In this document: in pieces, positions 26,773-32,000 of the stretch
Numbering within the stretch: the stretch's first letter is position 1
Layout: every line of letters starts with the position of its first letter
Source: Promethearchaeota archaeon
Lineage (GTDB): Archaea > Asgardarchaeota > Hermodarchaeia > Hermodarchaeales > Hermodarchaeaceae
Assembly: GCA_048938295.1 (NCBI GenBank)
Contig: JBHLMI010000011.1
Location: 34,270-66,269 of the forward strand
Direction of reading: 5' to 3'
Length of the DNA stretch: 32,000 nucleotides
Translations under genes and position numbers: made by a program
Notes under the pieces: generated by a model
The model's input: the letters and a program-made list of their open reading frames with translations, nothing else
What the model was told of the DNA's origin: nothing
Database searches by the model: none

Positions 26773-27018
26773 TTACATCTTTTTACTCTCAGAAGTAGGA
26801 ATGGGAGCACGATAGCGCGTTTGATAGCAATTGCGGCAAATGTAGCGAGGCATAACGTTAAGCGCACCACACCATGGGCATTTCCAAAAATCGATCGTTG
26901 TTAGTGTCACATCGGCCTCACGTCGGATATAACGACAATGCTGGCATAAACGTAAATGAATAAAATTTGATACTCCACATTTCGGACACGTCCAATACTT
27001 CAAATTCCACCACCCCAC
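26773..27018 (-). CDS. Small protein with two RanBP2-type zinc fingers
   Basis: WTCPKCGVSNFIHLRLCQHC and WKCPWCGALNVMPRYICRNC both fit W-x-C-x2-C-x3-N-x6-C-x2-C exactly. GTG start; downstream terminator. Confidence 0.75.
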   Translation of the reverse strand: MGWWNLKYWTCPKCGVSNFIHLRLCQHCRYIRREADVTLTTIDFWKCPWCGALNVMPRYICRNCYQTRYRAPIPTSESKKM

Positions 27019-27211
27019 GAGGATCTCTTATTGCTACTTTCTCATTAAATCTCCTAAGTTGTGCTATAGGATGCGCGGGTTTCATAGCGACTCTATATTG
27101 ATTTCAGCCGAATCTTCACATCCTAGCATATAGTAGGAGGGAACGAAAAAACAAAAACACTCTGAAAAACATCATTTCCAAAGTGTGACAAATAATTTTA
27201 TCTTGAGCTTG

Positions 27212-27227
27212 TTGTCAATCTTGACAA
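27212..27227. promoter_or_regulatory. Perfect 7-2-7 palindrome TTGTCAA-TC-TTGACAA
   Basis: Intergenic, about 195 nt upstream of the zinc-finger gene. The cognate factor is unknown. Confidence 0.4.
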
Positions 27228-27311
27228 ACGCTTTCCAAATATCAGCAGAAACGCGATTCTGTGATGGTTTTTCGTAGTATTATGAAAATTAAGCTTTCAT
27301 AGTGTTAGACT

Positions 27312-27638
27312 TCATTTTATTTGTTCAAGTTTCTCTAGCATTTGTTGGCGATATCGTTCTAAAGCGGTTTTCCCCTCATCAGAGAGTTGGATGAGCGTGT
27401 GGGGAATTTTATCAACGAATTCTTTGGTGATCCTAACATAGCCGACGGTTTCCAGTTTGCTGAGATGAGAAGAGAGATTACCGCGCGTGAGGCCCGTGCG
27501 GCGTAAGATGAACAGGAAATCTGCACTCTCGACTTCTTTGAGAATGGTGAGGATTTTCAGACGTGCTGGCGAATGGACAATAGGATCAACATCCTCATCC
27601 TCGATGGAAGAGAATGGGGGGGAGTTAGAGGAGGGCAT
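27312..27638 (-). CDS. Winged-helix transcriptional regulator (MarR/ArsR-like, HTH_34 type)
   Basis: VDPIVHSPARLKILTIL...ADF...TRGNLSSHLSKLE..GYV..TKEF....PHT...LS.EG..A...Y. Start is refined to ATG 27638 (GGTGA RBS), overlapping the upstream gene by 14 nt. Confidence 0.87.
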   Translation of the reverse strand: MPSSNSPPFSSIEDEDVDPIVHSPARLKILTILKEVESADFLFILRRTGLTRGNLSSHLSKLETVGYVRITKEFVDKIPHTLIQLSDEGKTALERYRQQMLEKLEQIK

Positions 27639-28308
27639 GGGGCGTCTCACCTTCAATGGACTCGGTGTGTTCGACTGGATAGTGGTGCAGGAATCGGAGA
27701 AACAGGATAGTGCCGAATAAGAGAGCGAGGAGCCCAATGGCGGCGTATTGGATGGCAAGGGTTGTGAAAAACGCCGCATATGCGCTGGGAAAACTGAGAG
27801 GCAACCATGGCACGAGAATCCCAATGAGAGGCGGAAGAACCGCAAATAGATAATAGCGGGCAACGTGGTATTTGCGGGCGATGATAAAGAGCCCAATGGA
27901 AATTAAGACGCTAAAGGTGACGGGGGCAATCCAGATTAACCAGAAGAACAGTCCATCATATCCGGAGAAGATGAATAAGACCACCGGCGGAAGGATGAGC
28001 AGAATCATAATCGAGACCAGCACAAGGACTGCTGTGCGTGTACTCGTGGCTTCCAAGGGCTTGGGCTTGACATATCCGACGCGGGGATAGACCCACCGTT
28101 GTTTAGCTCGCTCAATGAGCGGTCTATATAGCAGGGGATTAAGGGTCAGGATCATAACCCACAGGAATGTGATATTGTGGGCAAGCAGGGTGAGAAGGGC
28201 AGCCAAGCCAAGAAGAATGACGGCCATGAAAAGGTCAGCGAGTCCATCCTCATAATAGGCTTGTTGGACTTTCAGAGCGAGTGCATCTAATTCTGTGGAG
28301 GTTGACAT
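27625..28308 (-). CDS. Integral membrane protein (about 6 TM) coupled to the wHTH regulator
   Basis: YYEDGLADL and YPRVGYVKP motifs between hydrophobic helices; overlaps the regulator start. Confidence 0.75.
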   Translation of the reverse strand: MSTSTELDALALKVQQAYYEDGLADLFMAVILLGLAALLTLLAHNITFLWVMILTLNPLLYRPLIERAKQRWVYPRVGYVKPKPLEATSTRTAVLVLVSIMILLILPPVVLFIFSGYDGLFFWLIWIAPVTFSVLISIGLFIIARKYHVARYYLFAVLPPLIGILVPWLPLSFPSAYAAFFTTLAIQYAAIGLLALLFGTILFLRFLHHYPVEHTESIEGETPHALL

Positions 28309-28465
28309 TGGCGTTCATCTTGAGGTTCCAGTTCCAAACTGGTTTGCGATGCAAACATGTTTGAAAATTGAGCCTATAAAGTTTTGGATACAGGCATATA
28401 GCTTCACTCGTCTCGAGTAAAGTTCCTTACTCATGAAAAAGAAGGCTTCGACTCTGTGAATCTTA

Positions 28466-28663
28466 CTAGTCAGCAGCTCTGACTACAATACCAGCACCTA
28501 AACCAACGAGAAGCCCAATGAGCCAAGGAATAAAAATGAAGAAAGCATTATTAGTTAATATCCAGAGGGCTGAACCTATCACGAGGCCAAAACACATTCC
28601 GTACAGCATGAATTGCATTACTCTACTCAACTTAGCCATTTCAACCAGCATTGTATACTTCAA
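28466..28663 (-). CDS. Small 2-TM membrane protein
   Basis: 65-aa ORF with two Gly-rich hydrophobic helices (YGMCFGLVIG; GLLVGLGAG). Start may be ATG 28651 or later. Confidence 0.6.
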   Translation of the reverse strand: MKYTMLVEMAKLSRVMQFMLYGMCFGLVIGSALWILTNNAFFIFIPWLIGLLVGLGAGIVVRAAD

Positions 28664-29027
28664 AAATCAGACCCTTTAACATTAGCTTCTTAATTCAGGC
28701 ACAGAGCAACGCTCTTCACGAGGAATCAATTCCTAACCGTTATTCGAGCTCTGGTTTTTTCGCGGCGTTTCAACTACACCTAGGAAAGAAGATATGTAAC
28801 AGTGCTTGCCAAGGATGGCTTTGATCGCCTTAGCCAACCAGCAATCCCATTGAGCAAGATCAAGAACCCAAATCATGAGGTTCTACCTCGATTCTTAGAA
28901 TCACATCTTCAGCAATTCCATCCATTGAGCCGCACCTCATTTACAAGCCACCACAAAATACAGCTCGTTCTTTGAGGCATTGCAAATAAATACCATAAGC
29001 TGTGTCACATCTTTAGGTGACTCAACG

Positions 29028-29429
29028 GTGCTCTTTCTCATTCTCTCCGTCCTATTGATTTTGACTGCGATTTTTGTAATCTACTTTTGGGTAGATTACT
29101 TTTTCAAAGGCAATGTTCAGGTAACAAAAGAGGAGTGGTATAACAAATTTGAATCCGCTTTTCCAATCGCTGATTTCTGGATGTCAGCTTGTGCGATTCT
29201 CGGTGCTTTGGGCCTCCTACTTGGCCAGTCTTTTGGTCCCTTCTTCGCCCTCCTAGCCGCCAGTTCACTGATTTTCTTAGCCCTTATGGACATCACCTTC
29301 AATATCCAAAATAAGATGTATCGGTTAGCGAGGAAGTCCCGTGAAATGGCATTCGAAGTCATAATCAATGTCTGGTGCCTTACCCTGGGTATCACGCTGA
29401 TTCTTGTGTTTTCAACGATTTTCCTTTAG
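29028..29429 (+). CDS. Hypothetical 4-TM membrane protein
   Basis: GTG 29028 with GGTGA RBS; four hydrophobic helices; FESAFPIADFW motif. The ORF track starts at 28980. Confidence 0.7.
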   Translation: MLFLILSVLLILTAIFVIYFWVDYFFKGNVQVTKEEWYNKFESAFPIADFWMSACAILGALGLLLGQSFGPFFALLAASSLIFLALMDITFNIQNKMYRLARKSREMAFEVIINVWCLTLGITLILVFSTIFL

Positions 29430-29499
29430 TGAGACAACGGATTTGATAAGGAGGCACACGCACAGTACTACTACCAACACTTGTGAGTGGTAGTTTTCA

Positions 29500-30294
29500 G
29501 TGTCCTCAGATACTTCAATGCGCGACGAGCGCATCCGCGAAGCACAACGTATCATCGACACAGCTCAATCACAGAACGTGCTCCTCCGATTAATTGGAGG
29601 GCTTGCAATTAGGAATCATTGTGAAATCATCGGATTTTGTGAACGAGATTATGCCGACATCGATTTAGTGGGACTGCGGAAACAATCCACTAAAATCGTC
29701 AAAGTGATGAGAGACCTTGGTTACCAAGAAAACACCCAAGTTGCATTAACTACTGATGGTCAACGGATGCTGTTTCTAAAACCCCATTCAACTGATCATG
29801 TTGATGTCTTCTTAGATACCTTCGAAATGGAGCATTCTATTGATTTGAAGCACCGCCTTCGAGTTGAACCGTATACAATCTCCATTAGCGATCTGTTGCT
29901 CTCCAAACTTCAGATCCATCGACTAAATGAAAAAGATGTTCGCGACATATTAACCATAATCAAAGATATCCCCCAAGGAAACACCGATGAACGCGGTATC
30001 ATCAATATTACCTATATCGCCACCCTCTGTTCCAAAGATTGGGGTCTATACCATGACGTGACCTCCAACATCACCACGGTTCTTCAGCTTTTATCCAACT
30101 ACTCTCTTTCTCTCACCGAAACCAACCACATCCGCCAAAACCTATACCATATTCAAACCGCCATCGAACAGGCTCCTAAAACCCCCAAATGGAAACTCCG
30201 CAAGCGCCTAGGAACACGCAAAGCCTGGCGCCGCATAGTGGAGAATCAATCTGAACCACCAACAATGGGTGATGACGCTCTTTATCGCACTTAG
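29500..30294 (+). CDS. Pol-beta-superfamily nucleotidyltransferase-like protein
   Basis: LIGGLA, DIDL (DxD), third Asp in VDVF, and C-terminal SKLQ...NEKDVRD. Confidence 0.7.
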   Translation: MSSDTSMRDERIREAQRIIDTAQSQNVLLRLIGGLAIRNHCEIIGFCERDYADIDLVGLRKQSTKIVKVMRDLGYQENTQVALTTDGQRMLFLKPHSTDHVDVFLDTFEMEHSIDLKHRLRVEPYTISISDLLLSKLQIHRLNEKDVRDILTIIKDIPQGNTDERGIINITYIATLCSKDWGLYHDVTSNITTVLQLLSNYSLSLTETNHIRQNLYHIQTAIEQAPKTPKWKLRKRLGTRKAWRRIVENQSEPPTMGDDALYRT

Positions 30295-30506
30295 TACTTC
30301 TACCTATAGACCACAGCCTATTTCACCTCAGCAACACAATTTTGCCTAATAGGTAGTCAGTTTCACTAAATAGGTCTCCGCATAATCATGGGGCGTGTCA
30401 TTATTCACCCTCGTCAAAACGTATCATCATAGAGTCTTTTCTATAGGTCCACTGCGCGTCTAAAAGCTCAAGTAAAGAATGATAACATGTAACCCCAAAA
30501 CCTGGT

Positions 30507-31076
30507 TCAGGCTTCCTTTTCATGAAGCTTTTTTGCACGGCGCCGCGGTCGGGGTATAATCAAAGGGGTTGTTTCCCGGTAAGCGCGGTAGGCGGCACCA
30601 AACCGTTGTTCAAGCTTCGGCTCTTCCCGACGCTTCAGCCAGATCCAAAGCAGAATGAATGCTATCAGAGGGTTGACAAGGATGGCAGTGATCGATTGGC
30701 CCAACCAGCCAATCCCGCTGAGCAGAATCAAAAATCCAAGAATCATAGGGTTTCGCGTATACGCGTAGAATCCCGACGTCACCAACTCCCTTGATTGCGC
30801 CGCATCATCCACATCCCCCCATGGTAACCCCTGACCTGCTCGATATAACTGAAGAATCGACCCCCAACAGACTATCATCCCGCAGACATAGAAAGTGATT
30901 CCAATGATGAGATTCAATGGGAAAGGAGGGAATAAGGGAAACAACAGCACCGCATCCACCCATTTTCCCACCCACCACGTCACCAACGGAATCACCACCA
31001 CAAATAACAACACAACAAACGGGACCACCCGCCAAGACAATTTCCGTTTAGGTTGTGCCATTTGATCTTCCTCCAC
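30507..31076 (-). CDS. Isoprenylcysteine carboxyl methyltransferase / PEMT family membrane methyltransferase
   Basis: LVTSGFYAYTRNPMILG and REEPKLEQRFGAAYRAYRETTP motifs; 4 TM helices. Confidence 0.88.
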   Translation of the reverse strand: MEEDQMAQPKRKLSWRVVPFVVLLFVVVIPLVTWWVGKWVDAVLLFPLFPPFPLNLIIGITFYVCGMIVCWGSILQLYRAGQGLPWGDVDDAAQSRELVTSGFYAYTRNPMILGFLILLSGIGWLGQSITAILVNPLIAFILLWIWLKRREEPKLEQRFGAAYRAYRETTPLIIPRPRRRAKKLHEKEA

Positions 31077-31182
31077 GAAACGTACTAACTACTTACTCTT
31101 TCAAACTATCTACTCAATTGTCATAAACTTCTTTTGGTCTAAACGGGTCCGTATGGCGATGGAAACTCAACGGTGACTTTGA

Positions 31183-31296
31183 TCACGGTTCACCGAGTGA
31201 GACATGATTCAGGCAGAACCATTGCCCCTTATTGAAGTGCATGGCTTTTGCACCACACACAACACGTTTGCTTCCCTGTCCCTGGCGTGACTTCAC
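31183..31296 (-). CDS. Possible 37-aa micro-ORF resembling a degenerate zinc finger
   Basis: GTG overlaps the upstream TAG (TAGTG). Translates to VKSRQGQGSKRVVCGAKAMHFNKGQWFCLNHVSLGEP. Too short for the ORF track. Confidence 0.35.
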   Translation of the reverse strand: MKSRQGQGSKRVVCGAKAMHFNKGQWFCLNHVSLGEP

Positions 31297-32000
31297 TATT
31301 CTGAAAGAGCGTGTATTTCTCCTAATAGCTGTGTAACTTCCTCAGGATTTCGCTTCACAAGCCGGTTTTTCTTCAGATTTTTTTCCAATATTCTGTCAAT
31401 AAGTTCGCGTTTTCCTATCCACTCCCTGATAAACCGAAAACCACGTGTCGGATTCGCAGCAACAAATACGCTGATGGTGAATTCTAATCCTTTTTTCAAG
31501 ACATCAAAATTCTCGCCATTAGTTATCTGCTGCAAGATCCCATTAGCGATCTCAAAACAGAACTTTGCCCGTTCCTCAGTAAGAAATGGAGGATGAGCTA
31601 ACGAGACGAGGATAGCTCGTTTTTCCAGATTATTGGCTACTTCAATCCATTCTGAAAAAATAGTTTTCAACTCATCAAAATCATGTTCTCCAATAATCTG
31701 AAAACCGAAAGCCACCGCTTCACGCATACGCCATCGCCCGTCATTAGCCAACCCTTTTAAGCGACTGATAAGTTTCGGGTCCTTAGTGTTGGTATAGATT
31801 TTGCCCAAACACACGGCAGCACAGAACGCTAAGAACGACTTCGGGTCGTTAACACTCGCTTCATCTTCAGTAATATCCACCCATCTCAATAAAACCTCCA
31901 AATCCCCATAAATCTCAGCCAATGCAAAGGCTAATTCCAAATTCCCTCTTGGTCCTGGAAGATTCGAATGCGCGACTACAAATTCCTCTAATCTGTCTGC
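31296..32000 (-). CDS. Alpha-helical (HEAT-like) repeat protein, 5'-truncated by window edge
   Basis: Frame is open to position 32000 (ADRLEEFVVAHSNLPGPRGNLELAFA...). ANDGRWRMREAVAFGFQ is a HEAT-like unit reminiscent of AlkD-like proteins. Confidence 0.7.
   Translation of the reverse strand, partial: ADRLEEFVVAHSNLPGPRGNLELAFALAEIYGDLEVLLRWVDITEDEASVNDPKSFLAFCAAVCLGKIYTNTKDPKLISRLKGLANDGRWRMREAVAFGFQIIGEHDFDELKTIFSEWIEVANNLEKRAILVSLAHPPFLTEERAKFCFEIANGILQQITNGENFDVLKKGLEFTISVFVAANPTRGFRFIREWIGKRELIDRILEKNLKKNRLVKRNPEEVTQLLGEIHALSE

Noticed and set aside
27639-27896. ORF-track N-terminal extension of the wHTH regulator (194 aa)
   Set aside because: It overlaps the upstream membrane gene in another frame and is low-information sequence. 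A good GGTGA RBS precedes ATG 27638.
28830-28925. Mini-ORF with GAGGTG RBS and in-frame UGA (…HDLGS-UGA-SCSMG…) as a possible selenoprotein
   Set aside because: Read-through adds only 9 residues before TAA, there is no recognisable fold, and I saw no SECIS. An overlapping 47-aa frame is equally unsupported.
30061-30180. Strong local C-over-G skew (46 C versus 9 G by hand count)
   Set aside because: Confined to about 150 nt of one coding region and not continued into the neighbouring gene. Amino-acid and codon composition can explain it.
1608-31035. Numerous 60-150-aa antisense or alternate-frame ORFs nested in the genes above (e.g. 22914-23378, 13386-13724, 21889-22098, 26713-26904)
   Set aside because: They are shadows of well-supported CDSs or intergenic DNA, with no recognisable motifs.
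1-32000. CRISPR arrays, tRNA/rRNA genes, transposases, integrases
   Set aside because: No regularly spaced repeats, cloverleaf/T-loop patterns or DDE/tyrosine-recombinase motifs were seen by eye. tRNAscan, Infernal and CRISPR finders would be needed to exclude them fully.

Overview
Gene-dense archaeal window, judged from TATA boxes, GGTGA/GGAGG ribosome-binding sites, an HdrA/Mvh module and a Phr/HSR1-type regulator. The gene mix is compatible with Asgard archaea or Bathyarchaeia, but the lineage cannot be fixed from this window. Left half: cation/H+ antiporter (5'-truncated), membrane-anchored C25 (gingipain-like) peptidase, a Nik/CbiMNQO ECF metal importer with a NikR-type operator over its promoter, two MFS transporters, two alpha/beta-hydrolases, two cysteine-synthase-family enzymes, a ChrB-domain protein, a nitroreductase, DUF362, NikR and a P1B-2 Zn/Cd ATPase. 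Right half: CBS protein, and Hsp20 plus a Phr/HSR1-like repressor that share a conserved 21-bp operator. Next come a TraB/ChaN-like::MtdA fusion and a translationally coupled three-gene operon: winged-helix::HdrA::MvhD fusion, MvhG and a divergent MvhA, with no HdrBC in the window. A tandem RanBP2-type zinc-finger protein and several small membrane, regulatory and enzyme genes follow. The best candidate for an undescribed system is the DNA-binding-domain-fused HdrA-MvhD with its divergent [NiFe]-hydrogenase, which could be an H2/redox-sensing transcriptional complex. That function is inference. No rRNA, tRNA, CRISPR array or transposase was recognised. All family calls come from motif recognition, not database searches.
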